In this document: in pieces, positions 24,169-38,162 of the stretch
Numbering within the stretch: position 1 is the first letter of the stretch
Layout: the number at the start of each line of letters is the position of its first letter
DNA from: Cyanophora paradoxa CCMP329
Taxonomy: Eukaryota; Plantae; Glaucophyta
DNA: 64,000 bases
Direction of reading: 5' to 3'
NCBI GenBank assembly: GCA_004431415.1
Contig: QPMI01000522.1
Location: forward strand, 248,001 to 312,000
The notes under the pieces: generated by a model
Seen by the model: the letters and a program-made list of their open reading frames with translations, nothing else
Told to the model about the DNA's origin: nothing
Databases searched by the model: none
Program-made: the position numbers and the translations under genes

Positions 24169-25535
24169 ATGCCGCCGAAGCGCGTGGACGAGCGCGTCAT
24201 AGAGATCCTCAGCAGCGATGACGACGACGACGACTGCGTCGTGGTCGCCAAGTCTCGTCGCAAGACGCTCGCGCCGCGGGCCCTCGGCCTTCAGCTGCCC
24301 CCGGCACCCGCGGCGCCGGCCCCGCGCCGGAGCTCTCGCCTCTCGGATCTCGGCGACGGCGAGCTGAAGGTAATGCGTCCATCTCGCGACCTCTCTCTCG
24401 CTCACGGGCCGCCTGCAGGTCGTTGGGGCGCAGGCGGGGGTCGCCCAGACCGCCCCCCACGCGCGCCAGCGTGCGTGCCGCCCCTTCCCCCTGCGAATTC
24501 GATCCGGCGACCGACCCCGCGCAGACTGCCTGGAGCACCCCTTCAAGCCCGGCGACGCGAACGTGAACGTGCAGCGCTGCGCCACGTGCTACTGCTGGGT
24601 GCGCCCGCGCACCCTGCGCGCCTCTGGCTCTAGATCTCCTCGCTCTGAGGGCGGGACAGGTCTGCGACATCCCAGCGAGCACATGCGCTTCCTGGGGCAC
24701 ACACTGCAACGGTGCGCGCCGCCAGCGCCGAGCTGGGAAGCTTAAGATCTTATAATTAAGATCTTAGATCTTATGAAGCTTAAGATCCGGGCCGCCTTCT
24801 CGTCTGTGAACGTTGCTGTTGGATTGACCCGGCCCGGCCCGCCCCGCAGCGACTGAGAAGGAGTCAAAGTGGATCCAGGAGAGGGGCATCGCGAGGCGAA
24901 AGGCGGCGGCGCCAGCGGCCAGCGCTTCCGCCCCGCGGCCGGCGCCGGCCCCCGCCCCGGCCGCCGTCCCGGCCCCGGCCCCGGCCCCGCGAGTGGCGCC
25001 GGGCCCCGCCCCGCGAGTGGCGCCGGGCCCCGCTCCGGCCCCGGCCCGCGAGCGGCTCCGGCGCCGGTCTTCCCGCACGCCTCCCGCGGCCCCGCAGCGC
25101 GCCGAGGTCGGAGGATGAGTCGGAAGAGGATTCCGACAGGGAGAATCAGGGGAGAACCCGAGGCAGCTGGCGGCGGCCCGCTGGGCGCCCCCGCGGCCGG
25201 CGCCGGCGCCGGCGCCGGCCCGCCGCTACTCGTCCTCCACGGACTACTCGAGCGAGGGGGAAGAGGCGCCGTTCGCGCCGGCCCGTGGCCGCCCGCAGAA
25301 GGCGCCGGTGGCGGCGGCGCCCGGCGCGCGGAAGGCCCCCTCCGGGCTGCAGAAGGCGCTGGCTTCCTCTTCGCGCGCCCCGCAGCGCGGCGGCGGCGGC
25401 GGCGTCGTCAAAAAGGCCCTCGCCCACAGCGGATCGGAATCCGCAAAGGCAAAGCAGGGGCACGGCTCCAAGAAGGCTCAGCAGGGGGGGCCCAAGCTCA
25501 AGAAGGCGCCCCTCGCGCCCCTCCCTGCCTCGTGA
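24169..25535 (+). CDS. RPM1-interacting protein 13 (RIN13)-like Cys/His-rich protein with N-terminal SUMO-interacting-like motifs; C-terminal frame uncertain
   Basis: Spliced motif PHARQHCLEHPF..RCATCYCWVCDIPASTCASWGTHCNA matches the family pattern PH.R..C..HPF..C..CYC.VCD..A.C..W..HC.A; VIEILSSDDDDDDCVVV at the N-terminus. Confidence 0.7.
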
Positions 25536-26183
25536 CGGCAGCAGGCTGGCTGGCCGGCTGTCCTCACCTCCAGGCTAGGAGCCGACAAGGTAGAGCCGAG
25601 TAGCATCAGTCAGAGAGTCGAACCAACTAACCGTTGAACCAAACAGTATGCAAACATGATCATGAGCCTCCAAACTCGTTTAATCGAATATTAATTCGAA
25701 CATGCACATGCACAACAGGTACCGCGCCACATGCATTCGCGGTACGTATCGTATTCAATTGCAATATTAATGATATCCGATGATCGATTCGAATTCAATG
25801 ATTCCCGAATTCCAATTCCAATTGCAATTGCAAGTTCTTCGATTCCGAAGTTCGTGGCATGATGCATATGGCCATGGATTCGTCACTCGCGCGCGCGCGT
25901 CACACGGCGTGTGCAGTGTGTGTCGTGATCACGGCGTGGCACACACTGACTGATCATGACTCGCAATCTGAATCGCAAATCGCAAAAGGCTCGAGACTCT
26001 GAGAAACGACATACCAATATGGTACTATGGTACTGAACTAACTGTAGTGCGTCAAAATGATCATGATGCATGCATTTCACTGTCAAAGAAACTCGAAAAA
26101 CAGAAAAAGATCGACTAACTCGTGAAAAAAAGGAGTGGGAGAACGATCGATGACCGGGCCCCTAAGAGGCCCTCAGAGACTCC

Positions 26184-29100
26184 TCACTCGACGGTGGCGG
26201 CGCCCCCCTCGGCCCCCGGCTCCATCTCGAAGGTGATCTGGAACTCTCCAAGGGGCGCCGACGCGCCCGGCTCCTCCACGGCCGGCGCCGGCGCCGGCGC
26301 CGCCGCGGGGACCGGGGCCGGGGTCGGGGTTGAGAGCGCCTCGCCCTCGAGGCCGGCCCCGCGGGGCGCGGCGGGGACGGTGCTCGGCCGCTGCTCCCGC
26401 GAGGCGCGTGGGGAAAAGCCCCGCGGCGCGGACCGCCGCGGGCGGCCGGGCGGCGGGGGCCGTCGGGGGCCGCCGGGCGGCGCGGGGGCTCCCGGGGGCC
26501 GAGGATGGGGACCAGGCGAAGGGGCGGGGGGCGTAGGCGGAGAGCGGGTGGCGGGGCGGGCCCCGGGGCGAGAGGTCGATGGGGGGGCCGAAGGAGGCGA
26601 ACGCGGAGAGGGGTAGGGGCGCGTACGAGGGGGGCGCAACGCGCCCCAGGGCCGCGGCCACGGGGTCTGGTGAGGCCCCCAGGAAGGGGGGCGAGGAGCG
26701 CGCGTGCTCGGAGCGGGGTACGGGAATCGGGGCGCGGTAGCTGAGGAGGGCGTCGAGCTCCCGGGAGCCCACGGCGCCGGGGGTAGCCAGCGCGAGCCGC
26801 GCGAGATCGAGCAGGTCGAGCTGGAGGCCCGTACCCCCCGCCCCCCGCGCCCGCTCCACCTCCTGGTGGGGAAAGGCGTCGGCGGGGTACTGCGAGCGCG
26901 GGAAGGGGGTAGGGGATACGCACGAGGCTGCGTCGGTACACCTCGTGAGCCTCAGGGGTACGGAGCTGCGAGCCGGTGAAGCGGCCGGCCCGGACGAGCT
27001 GTAGGGGTGAGCGTGAGGGGCTGGGTGGGAAGGATTTCAGGAAAGGTACGCAATTACCTTGACTGTATCCCGGAGGATGGAGGGGGGAGGCTCGACGGGG
27101 GGCGACGGCATCCGGGGTACGGGGGCGGGGGCGGGGGGAGCAGAGCGGGGCTGGAGGGGAGGAGCCGACAGACTTTGGTGGGGAGAGGCGAGGGGACGCG
27201 AGGAAAGCCTGTGAGGGCCGCCAGGGCGCGGGGCGGACCGGGCGGGCTGGGGCGGGGCGGGAGCCCGCGCGGGGCGGCGGGCCGGGCCGGCGAGGGCGGG
27301 TCCGAGGCGGTGTCGGGGCGGGGCGCGAGGGGCGTGGCGGGCGCGTCGCGATCGGGTCCGCGCGACCGGAGGCGGCGGCGGCCGGGGAGGAGGCCGGGGC
27401 GGCGGCCCGGCGCCGCCGACGGAGCCGCCCTGCAGCAGCATTCGGACCACAGCGGCCATACTGCTGCCGCCGCCGCCGCCGTCGGCGGCGCCCTTGGGCG
27501 CGGAGGCGGCGGGTGCCTCCGCCCCCGCCTCGCCGTCCTCGTCGTCGTCGCCGCCGCCGCCGTTCTTGTCGCCGGCCTCGCGGCGGGCGGCGCGGCCGGC
27601 GGCGGCGGCCTGCTTGAGCCTCGCTTCCGTCATGACCCGCTGCAGCACGCGCTGCGCCGCTTGCTGCGGGGCGGGTCGAGTGAGCCGCGAAAAACAGAGC
27701 GTGTGGAGCGGGTGTACCTTGGCCTGGCGCTGGGGGGGGATGGTGCGGGAGGGGTGCAGCGGGGGCCGCCCGCCGGGGCCCGCCGGCGCCTCCCGAGCGA
27801 ATCGGTCCTTGGCCGTGGGGGGCAGGAACGAGCCCGAGGGCCCGGCCCCGGAGAGGCCCCGGGCCGCCTGGGCGCCGCCCAGGACCACGGAGGCCGCGAT
27901 GCTCCCCGCCACTCGGAAGCGCATCCGAGGCTGCCCAAAGATGAGGCGGGAGACAGGGGTACACAGTCGATCGATGGTTCGGCGTACCCGGCGCTGGGAG
28001 GCCTGCTTGATGGCCGAGCGGTCCAGCACCTCCTCCTCCTCCTCCTCCTCCGTCTCTTCGGGGTACCCCGTGGCCGCTTCTTCCCCCCCGGCGGCGGCGC
28101 CCCCTCCGGCCGGCTCCTCGAGCCCGGCGGCGGCCCGCGAGGCGCTCCGCCGGAGGGACGTCGCGTGCCGCTTGGAGAGCGCCCGGGGGAGGAGCACCGT
28201 CCGGCGGATCACCTCCTGCGCCTCCGCCCCGGTGGGAAGCGCCGGCCCGGGCGCCGCCCCCGCCGACCCGCCCGGCCCGGCCGGCCCGGCCGTCACCTGC
28301 TTCCGCGAGGAGCGGGAGCGCGGCAGCGGCACGCGCACGTTGCCGCCCTCGGGCTCGGGCGGCGCCGGCGCGGGCCCCGGGAGCTGGAAGGGCAGGAAGC
28401 GGAGGGATCGGGAGGAGGGCACCGGGGCGGCGGCCGGGGAGTAGAGGCGGCAGTGGGTGAGGAAGGCGACGAGCGCCGACGCGCGCTGAGAGAAGAGGGC
28501 GAAGAGGGCGGGGAGGTTCCCCGGGTCCACGCGCACCGCCGCCGCCGCAGCGGACGGCGCCGCCGCCGCCGCCGCGAGGGATAGCGCGGGAGGGGCCGTG
28601 GAGGGCGCCCAGGACAAGGCCGATTCGCCCGAGGGGGGGCGGGGTCCCAGCCGGGGGGAGGCGAGTAGCCCGCCGCCGCCGCCGCCGCTACCCGCGGCCG
28701 AGGAAGACGAGGAGGATGGGGCCGGGGGCAGGGCCGGGGGCGTGGCGGGCCGCGCGGCCGCCTCCTCGGCCCAGTGCTGAGTCGCGTCCACCAGCCGCCC
28801 CGCGATGTCCACCACCTGCGGGGGGTACCCGTTTGCGGGGGGGGGGGAAGACAGAGCCGGGGGTACAGCGCACCGCCTGCTGGGCGGAGCACGCGGCCTG
28901 CATGAGGGCCTTCGCCGCCGCGCGCTTCGCCTCCGACTCTCGCTCCGCGTGCTGCGGGCGGGAAAAAGGCACCGTCGGAAAAGGGCGCCGCAAGGATTCG
29001 AACCCGCGCACGATGATGCGCGAGTAGACGGCGTCGACGGCGCGGGCGTCGGAGGGGCCGGCGCCCACCGCGAAGCGCTTCTCCTCCACCTCCATGGTCA

Positions 29101-31983
29101 GCTCCCGCTGCGCTCGGACCGGTTGGATCGGGCGGAGATGAAAAGGGCCCCGGCGGGGCTCGAACCCGGGTCTGGAGGAGCGTCTGGACGCGGGCCTGCG
29201 CCTCGTCGGCGGCGGCGATGAGCTCCTCGCGCGCCGCCAGCTGCTGCAGCAGCCTGCGCGCGCCGCGCCGGGCCGGTTAGAGGGCGAGGGTGGAGGGGGG
29301 AAGGGAGAGAGAGAAGGGGGGTACCGCTCGTAGACGTCGACGGGGGAGTCGAGCCCCGTGTTCTCCACCAGCTGCCGGATCTGCGGGAAAGAATAACGCA
29401 CAAGAAAAAGCTTGCTGGAGGGAAGTACAGTCGGCCGCGCGCCTTGGCCTCGGCGCCCTCGACGCGGTTCTGCTGCCGCACATACTCCTCTCGCTTCTCG
29501 CGGTACAGCTCCAGCACCTGCGGCGGCGGGGCCCCGCCCTCGGATCAAATCGAGAGGCGAGGTGGAGGGGGGGGAGAAGGAGGAGGGGGGTACGGTGCCG
29601 ACCTTGCGTATGGACTCGGCGGAGACGGCGGAGCGGCCGGAGCCGTGCGCCGCGTCGAAAGCGATCGCGTCCCGGCGCTCCGCCTGCGCCCCGGAACCGG
29701 TACCCCCCGCTCAGACACCGGTACCCCCCGGGATTCTAGGAAAGAAGCGGCTGGGCGGCTGATAGGGGGCGGGCTACGCGGCTCTACGGGGGAGTCAGCC
29801 TAGGGGCGCTGGCGGGGGGCCGTTGCGTGGGCCACTAGGGGCTGCGTCTCTGAGCAATCTGAAGATAAGAGGCGGAAAGGCGACGGCTGGGCCGCTGGGG
29901 GCTGCTAGGGGTCCCTAGCAAATCCGACGACAGGGACCGGGGCGCGGATCCGGGCGCACGCACGCACGCACTGCCCTCGGTCCCCAAGAGAATCTATCTA
30001 AGAGAATCTAAGAGAATCTATCAATATGTAAAATATGTAAAAATCCGTCCCTAAGAGAATCAATCCATCAGAGAGGGCGCACGCGCTGCTGGAGGTCGCG
30101 GTTGAGTCCGATCTGGGCCTCGAGGAGCGCCCGGAGCGCCGCCAGCTGCGCCCGCCACTGCTCCCGGTTCCGGTGGATGCGCCCCGCCAGCCGCACCACC
30201 TGCGCCTGCGTGCGCGCGTGCCCCGGGGGGCGCGTCAGAGACCAGCAGAGACCACGTGCGTCTCTTGTCGGCACGAGCTCGCAGTCAGAAGAGGCGCGGG
30301 AGGATCTAGCTACTCTCGTCCTCTAGATCCAGGGTCTAGCCACTTAGTCCCTCAGCTCGCGCCCGTCATTCGAAGTTGTCGCGCACCTCGTCGGCGCGGC
30401 GCTGGGCCTCTAGCTACTCTCGTCCTCTAGATCTCGAGCCAGAGCCTAGCCAGGGAGGCCTGGCCAGGGAGGCTAGCCAGGGAGACCTCTGTAGATCTAG
30501 GTACTCTCGTTCTAGCCTAGACAGTTAGTTAGCCCGCTCCAAGAAGCACCTCGTCGGCGCGGCGCTGGGATAGCCAGCTATCCCGTGGGATAGCCTGGCT
30601 AGGATAGCTGGCTCGAGCCAGGGCCTAGCCAGCTAGCTAGCCCACGCACCTCGTCGGCGCGGCGCTGGGCCTTGGCGTCGGCGCGCAGCAGGACGAGCTC
30701 CTCCCCGTCCCCCGCGTTCTGCTCCAGCCGCCCCCGCACCTCCCCGAGCCTTAAGGAGGGGAGAGTGAGCAAGGGAGGAGGTAGGAAGGGAGGGAGGGAG
30801 GGAGGGAGGGGCGGCACCGGCGCTCGGCGGCGTGCCGGGCCTCGCGGGTGCGGTCGATCATGTGCTCGAGCGTCACCGCCGCCTCCGCCTGCTCCTCCAC
30901 CTGCCCAGAGGAGGACGACAGGTTGAGAGGAATCTAAAGGGACTACTCTTCTTCGCTGCTCTGTGTAGCGAGAAAGAGGCGGGCACCTTGGCCTCGGCCT
31001 CGGCGCACTGCCGTTCGAGCTCCTCAATGCGGCCCGCCTCCAAGCCCCGCTGCAGAGGAGGGCTCAGAGAAATGGGGGAGGGCGGCCGGCCGGCCGGGCA
31101 AGGATGCGAAAGGACTCGCCTCGGGGCGGAAGGAGGGGTGCGAGGGGTCCATCTCCGTCAGGTGCGCCAGCTGCACCTGCGGTGCGGCGGCAATTTGATC
31201 CCAATTCGATCTCAATTTGATCCCAATTCGATCCCATCCCATCCCTCCCTTCTTCTTCTCACCTGGAGAGTGTGGAGGCGCAGTTCGCGCTCGCGCCGGG
31301 CCGCCATGAGCGTGTCCAGCTCCCCGCGCATCCCCGCGATTGCGGTGCGCAGCCGCCCCGCCTCCCGCGTCGCCTTCTGCAGGTGCTGTCCCTGCAGGCG
31401 CCGGGCTGAGCAGGGGGCGAGGAAGCAGGGACGGGGGGGATGCAAAAGGCGTGGGGCGCACCAGCGACGCCTCGAGGATAGCCGCGCGCGCCCCCCAATG
31501 CAGGAGCCTGCGGCCGCATGAGCGTCTCTATGACCGGACCGAACGGGCGCCGGGAGGGCGCAGAGCGCACCGCGGGTCCCGTGCGACCTTGCGCGTGGTT
31601 CGCTTGCGCGCCGCCCGCGCCATGCGAAGGCGCGCGGCGACCGAGAGGCTGCTCTTGGGCCGCTCCTCGCCAGATTTGGACTTCTGCGCTTCCTCCTTCT
31701 GCATCGCCTCCGCGAGCTCCAACATCTCGCGCTCCTCCCGCGCCAGTCGCTCCGCCTCCTGCGGCGTGCGCGGGGCGGCGGTCGCATGCACAGCGTGCGA
31801 AGGCCAGCGGGGAGAGAGCACCTGCTCGAGCTCCTGAGTCTCGTCATGCGGCTCTGCTTGTGCCTTCTTGCTGGGCGTGTCAGGTGCATTCACGGTGCTC
31901 CCGCTGAATGTGATTGTAGCCGCTGGCAGCGACGTGCGCCGGGACTCCGACGTGCGCAGCTTCGAAGGGCTGCCGCTCGCCAT
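26184..31983 (-). CDS. Long coiled-coil protein, possibly CCDC151/outer dynein arm docking complex-like, with low-complexity C-terminus
   Basis: Many heptad-rich exons; IRQLVENTGLDSPVDVYERLLQQLAARDEL resembles the I..ATG......V..RF..Q motif of ODA docking-complex subunits; 3' end uncertain (EFQITFEMEPGAEGGAATVE* chosen). Confidence 0.5.
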
Positions 31984-32322
31984 GGGGGCAGCGCTGCTCG
32001 CTGCGGCCCGGCCGTAGCTAAGCTGAAGCGCTCGCCGACCCGCACCGCAACGCGGCGTCTCTCAGCGAGACGCCGCTGATGACTGCGCCAACCCGCCCGT
32101 CTCGCTGGCTGAAGGAAGCGGCTGGGGCTGAAAGCGCACTGCAGGGGCAGCAGAGGCGAACCAGGGCCCTCTAGACTGCGGGCAAAACAGATCGGAGGAG
32201 GCCCAAGACAGGTGTTTCGCGTACCCCGGCAATCGTTGAATCGTTGAGCACGCGACTTAGCGAGCCCGTAGCCTGCTTCGTACACTGCCCGCTGGGCCTT
32301 CACAGTCGTCCCTCTAGCGAAA

Positions 32323-34218
32323 ATGATGGCCGCTGGGCCCTTCGGGGCCTCGTTCCCTATCGGGGCCGTCGGCTATTACCTCATCGAGCGGAACTACAAG
32401 GTGAAGGTGACCAAGGGTCAGGACCGCATTCGGGCGATGTACAAGGACGTCGAGGGTCACAACCCGCGCATCGAGACCGTTCCGGGCGCCCGGGAGCCCT
32501 GCTCTCTTTGCTGCGGTGAGCATCGTCACGACAACGTGCCCAAATGAGCGCTTCCCCCCTGAGAAACTTCCCCCCAGGCACCGAAGCCCAGGGCGAGAAC
32601 TACTTCGCATCCCGCGGGATGCCCTCGGCCACTTCCTGCCTTATGCCCATCTTCTCGCTGTTCTCGGAGCCTGCTCCCCCGGTGGCCGCCACGGCTTCGC
32701 AGCGCTGTGAGCCGTCCCACCTCCGCTCGGAGATACGTCCGTTGGCCGCCAATTTGATCCGGTTTGTCTGCAGCTCTCCGGGACGTGCCGCAGGCGATGT
32801 CGGCTTCGGCGAAGGTGAACGTCATGAGCAATGACTTGAAGTACACGTCGAACGACGCTGGCTCCCTTGCCCGCAATCTGATGGACGCGTATGAGATAAC
32901 CAAGTCGTCCCCCAGTGAGCGGGCTCTCGCCTCCGCGGCTCAAAGTTCCGTGCTGACTCTTTCCGGCCGAGCAGGCACCGTCAACAACCTCGTGAACCAG
33001 GGCTACGTGGAGGTTCGTGGATCGAACCTCGGCCGCTCGGCTGCAGCTGACGCGGGCCCCGAGCGCAGAGCTCCGTGCAGGGGATGATCAAGTTCCAGAA
33101 CAGCGAGGCCGTGCACGAGGCTGCGTTCCTCCTGCTCTCGCAGCTCGTCAACCACGGTCCGCCCGCGCCTTCCTTGCGACGATGCGCGGCGCCCTGCCAA
33201 CCGCTCGATGTGCTCAGACCGGGGCGAGAGAGTGTCCAAGTCGGGCGCGGTGGTGATGGTCTCCGAGATGATCGAGCGGCGGGCGAACTGGTACGGCGCG
33301 GCCCTCGCCGCGAAGGTCTTCATCGAGAAGATGTGCCTCGTCCAGCGTGCGCGCCGCCCCCCTCCGCTCTCCGCAGCGCCCCTGAGGTCCCCCGCAGCGA
33401 GCGTCGCCGAGTTCTGGGCGAACCGCGGCATCTGCGATGTGCTCTTCAAGGTGCGCCCCGCCCCGCCCCGCTGCGCGCGCCCGCCTCGGCCGCCCATGCG
33501 AGCGCCGCCGTCGGCCGCAGTCCATGGTGGACAAGTTCGAGCCGCGCACCGTCGAGACGACCTTCCGCGCGTTTAACGCGATGCTCGAGAACTGCCCCTC
33601 CAAGACCCGCATCAGTGCGCTGCCGCCGCCGCCGCCGCTGCCGCATGTCGGGCGCCGCCGCTCGCCCGTCGCCCTGTGACCTCACTCACCGCCGCGCGGC
33701 AGAGCTGCAGAACTACCTGAAGCGGGCGCGGCTGCTGGAGTCGGCGGGCAAGGCGATGGAGCTCAACATGAGGCGCCCCGAGGTCCTCGTGCAGGCCCTC
33801 CGCCTCTTCACCGCCATGCACGTCGGCAACGTCGGTCCGCCCATCCGCTCTCGCCCCGCCCCGCCCCGCTCTGCGGAGGAGCGCCGCCGAGCGCGCCGCC
33901 TCGCAGAGATCCTCACGTACTCGATGACCAAGAACCTGTGCGACCCCGTGATCCAGGTCCGCGCGGTCCAGGGCGGGGCGGGGCGGGGCGGGGCGCCGGC
34001 CGCGCTGACGGGTACCCCAGGTGATGGCGGCGTACCCCAACGACGACCACATCATCTCGCACGGCAAGGCCTGCGTCAAGATCCTCGTCACCCCCTTCGA
34101 GTGCGGCTTCTGGCGTACCCCGCCCGCTCCCTCCCTCCCCTCACGCCTTTCCTCCCGCTCCCGCAGCTACGACCTCGTGATGAAGACCATGACGGCAATG
34201 ATCATGCAGAAGGTGTAA
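32323..34218 (+). CDS. Hypothetical alpha-helical (ARM-repeat-like) protein, multi-exon
   Basis: Codon-biased exons e.g. GMIKFQNSEAVHEAAFLLLSQLVNH, ESAGKAMELNMRRPEVLVQALRLFTAM, VMAAYPNDDHIISHGKACVKIL, ending MKTMTAMIMQKV*. Confidence 0.6.
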
Positions 34219-34508
34219 CCGGAGGGTCCCCGCGATTTCATCTAGCTAGGCAGTTCCCCCGCCTCGCCCCAGGACCCCCCGCGCGCCCCCTCTCGCCCCC
34301 GCCCTCCCCGCTGGCGCTGGAGCAGCGCCGCTCGCTCGTATTGGGCCCCCAGCCCCTCCCGCTGTTATTGAACCAGATAAACCACCACTACGTATGTCTA
34401 TATATATGCTTTAAAATACCAAACGATACGGACGCCCTTCAATGAGAACTGCTTGAAGAATTAATGTAGTCTGCCTAGGCCTAGATAGATTCTGGACTAG
34501 TACTCCGG

Positions 34509-35970
34509 CTACTTGAAGAACCACCAGGTCGGAAGCCCGAGGCACTCTATGCAGCTCATCCCGCACTTCTGGTTGCAGCTGGTCGCGTGCACCGTCCGCC
34601 CCACCTGTGGACCGGGCCGGACCGGATCGGCTCTCGATCTGGGTCTGGGTCTGGGGACAGGTTCTAAAGAGCGGACCTTCAGAGCAAAGGCGTCGACTGC
34701 TGTCTTGACTCCGAACTCGGTATCGAAAGCGTGCCCGTCCAGGTAGTCGTGACCGGAGAAGAGCCCCCCGCGCCTCAGCTTCGGCCACCTGCGCCCGGGT
34801 TCAGAGCTGAGAGGCAGAGTGGCCCAAGTTTCGAATTAATATTCGAATTTCGCACCAGGCCTCGAGGTCCTCGGTGACGCCGGCGCGGTCGTGCCTCGCG
34901 TCCAGGTAGATGAAGTCGAAGTACCCGTCCTCGAACGTCTTCGCGGCCTCCTGAGGCATGCGCGTGTGGGCGAGGCGAGGGGCAAATTCGAGGCCGGATC
35001 AAATCAGACGAGGCAGAGCGCGCACGAGGGAGTAGCTCTTCATGACGACGACGCGGCCCTCGAAGGGGGCGACGTTCGCCTGCGCCGTGCGGTAGATCTC
35101 GTCTTGCTCAGCCTGCGGCCTGGAACTCAGCGCCGGCCTTGCCGGGTTCGAATTCACGATCACGGTCCTGCACTACGCGGACGGACCTGGCCCTTGTTCG
35201 CGATGTCTCTGTACTCTTTCGGATCCTGGTGCGCCCACTGCGCGCGCGGATCGCAAAGCTCGAAGTTTAGGAGAGCGGAAGGAGCCGGGGGCCGCGGCTG
35301 GGCGCGAGACGCGTACGCCGCGGCCGGTCGACGTCGCAGCGCCTTAAGCTTAGCTAGCTATAGGGGGCGAGCGGAAGCGCTGCGGCCGGAGCGAGCGCTG
35401 GAAGGAGTGCGGAGCGCACCGCGTCCACCAGATACAGCGTCTTTCCTCTCCAGCGCTCGAGGATCCCGCGCGCGTGCTCCGCTCGCTGCACGCCGACCTC
35501 CACACCGGCGCCCACGAGGCCCTGGTCATTGAGCGCCTCCGGAAGACCGATGCGTCCCATCTTAAGCGCTGCGGAGCGCGTGGACGCGTGCGTCACCTAC
35601 AGGGCGCACGTACGCGCGCGTACGCGCGGGCGGCGGCGCGGGCGGTGGCGCCGGCGGCGCTCCGGCTCGTGCCGAATGCGTCGAAGCTCACCTTGCGACG
35701 CTTCCACCTCGAGCGCCCTGCGCTCCGCTGCGCGCGGGAGAGAACCACATCAGACGCCCAAGCTTATGTGCGCCCGTCGGCGTCAACGCCCCAGCGCAAA
35801 CCGGCCGCTGGATCATCCACCAGGTTGAAGTTCGTGCCGTCGTGCATCGCCAACCGCGCCGCGATGGCGAGGAATCCGAGGGCGGCCAGGCCGACGAGCA
35901 GCCGGCGGCGGCCCGTCATGAGCGGAGCTCGAGGCGCCACGTAGGCCTCGCGATCATCGTCTCCGGCCAT
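34509..35970 (-). CDS. Class I SAM-dependent methyltransferase (Methyltransf_24 type) with N-terminal membrane anchor
   Basis: GVEVGVQRAEHA (motif I), LYLVDAWAHQD, FEDGYFDFIYLDARHD..VTEDLEAWWPKLRRGGLFSGHDYLDG..FGVKTAVDAF, ends PTWWFFK*; TM RRRLLVGLAALGFLAIAARL. Confidence 0.85.
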
Positions 35971-36380
35971 CCCTCCTTCTCCGGGCCTGGGGGAACGCCG
36001 CTCAATTGCAATTGCAAGCTTTTCACGCCGTACCCGGCGGATCAATTTTGGCCGACAGCGCGCTCGCAGGACGTCCGAAAGTTCCGAGTGCATATGCATT
36101 GTCTTGGCCGCGCTGCCAAGCCCGCCCTCTTGATCCTTCGGCTGCTTACTCGCATGCCCTTTATTGAACACGGGAACAAAACATCAAATCTCATCTCTAC
36201 AACCCGGACTACCGACTGGACACCCCAAACCCGAACGTGGTGCCCAAAGACGAGGGCGAAATGCAAGCAGGTAACTAATCTCAAAACGGTGATGCGTGCC
36301 GACGGGCCCGGCCCGAGAGGGCAGGGGGCGGCGGCCGCGGCCTTGGAAGGGGGCGCGGGGCCCCCGCTCGCGCCCGACGC

Positions 36381-38162
36381 TTACGCGTAGCTGTAGGGGG
36401 CGGCGGTGGCGGGGATGCCCGGGGCCGCGCCGAGGCCGGCGCTGTAGAGCGCGAACACTGCGGGCGGCAGAGAACGAAGTGTCAGAGGACCTCCAGGGGG
36501 GTACGCGATCGATCGATGGGGGCGCACGGTTCGACAGGATGTCGAGGGCGAACGCGGCGAAGATGATCCCGGGGCCCGAGAGGTACGAGGTGGCGGGGTA
36601 CCGGCGGATGAAGTCGCCTGCGCTCGCGCGGCGGCCGCTCAGCGGCGCGGTCCAAGGCGCAAGGGGAGGGGGGGCGGCGGGGCCGCCCAGGTCAAACACA
36701 CCGTAGGTCCAGACGAGGGCGATGAGGATGGCGGTGGCAAGGACGATGAACTTGCGGACGGTCGCGGCGTCGGCGCGGAGGAGGCCCTGTGCGAACAGGG
36801 TCGGACCGGGGCGGGGCCGGCGGGCGGGGCGGGGCGGAGCCGGGGCCGCCACGCACGGGGCAGATCATGCCGTTGAAGGCGGCGAAGTGGAGGGCCCAGA
36901 GGCGGGTCACGAAGACGGTGATCTACGGGAGACGTGCGCGGATCAGCGAGGCGCGGCGGCGGAGCAGAGACGAGCGACTCGGCGGGCGGGGCGGAGCGGC
37001 GCGGGCACCTCGTTGTCGTACAGGGGCTCGGCGGTGGTGCCGACGAACGCGGGGAACGACCAGCGGAGGTACGAGGCGGTGCCGAAGAGCGCCCACCTGC
37101 GCGAGGCGGCGGATCGGCGTCAGCTGCTGCTGGTTGCTGCTGCGAGGCGGGCGCTGTGCATCTGTACGCACAGGGCAATGACGAGCCAGCCGAGGGGCTT
37201 GACCCACAGGTAGACCTGCAATTTGATCCGAAGTCAGATTCGATCCGCGGGCGGCGAGCGGCGAGCGGCGCGCACGATGGTGAAGATGTCACGGCCGGAG
37301 CGGGGAGCGGCGCCCTGGACCTGGGTCGGGGCCTGGCCGGTGGCGTAGCGGTACGCTGCGGACGCGCCGAGTCGGTAAGTCCGTCATGGCGGGAACTCCG
37401 GATCGGCGGCGGGCGGCCGGACGAACCGAAGAGCGCGGCGAAAAGGAGCGTGACTGGCATCGTGCGCGGGTCAGAAGAGCCTCGGGGGCGCGGGCAACCG
37501 CGAAACGGCCGGCCGTGGCTCACCGACCCAGACGAGGAACACGATGACCGGGACGGCCTTGATCTCGGTGGGCTGGTGGGCCTTGTAGAACAGGCCTGGA
37601 TCGAACGTGAGGCGCGATTTCGGAGTCGGCGAGGCGAGGAATCGAGGGGCGACGAACCGTACATGATGAGGAAGATGGTCATACCGACAGCGACCTGCCC
37701 GGCCCAGGATTCGCTTTCGATCGCCGAAAAGCGAGGTGACAGGCTCGGACCTGGCCGAAGATGAGGAAGAGGGTCCGGCCATCGCCCTTGAGGTAGGCGT
37801 GCTTGGTGATGATGTAGTACAGCGAGACGACGGCCAGGCAGGACAGGCCGAGGATCTTGGCGTTGCATTCGAAGAGCTGTCGCCGGATCGCACGCCCGAT
37901 CAGGCCGGGCGCCCGACTCGGGAGTTGCAACGGCCGCCAGGGCGGGACTCACCGGGTCGCTGGCGTACGCCTTGGCGGCGACGCCCGGGAACCAGTGCTC
38001 CGTCGCCCAGTCGGGAGCCACAGTGAACCAGGCGCCCGAAATGGCGAAGATCCTGCCGGCCGGTTTCGGCGGAGATTCGCGGACTCGGAAAAAAGGTCAC
38101 GGCGTTACGTACGCTGCGACGGCTCCGAAGAGCATCCAGCTCTCGAGAAGGGAGAACCTCAT
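36381..38162 (-). CDS. Polytopic membrane protein (~8 TM, apparent 2 x 4-TM internal duplication)
   Basis: MRFSLLESWMLFGAVAAIFAISGAWFTVAPDWATEHWFPG.. followed by a series of hydrophobic exons, ends NLFALYSAGLG..PYSYA*; TATAAAT ~65 bp upstream of the ATG. Confidence 0.7.

Noticed and set aside
25040-25240. Frameshifts suggesting pseudogenes (RIN13-like tail, CRY-DASH near 46880, 48560 gene near 49480)
   Set aside because: They fall in or near C/G runs within otherwise intact genes; more likely sequencing indels.
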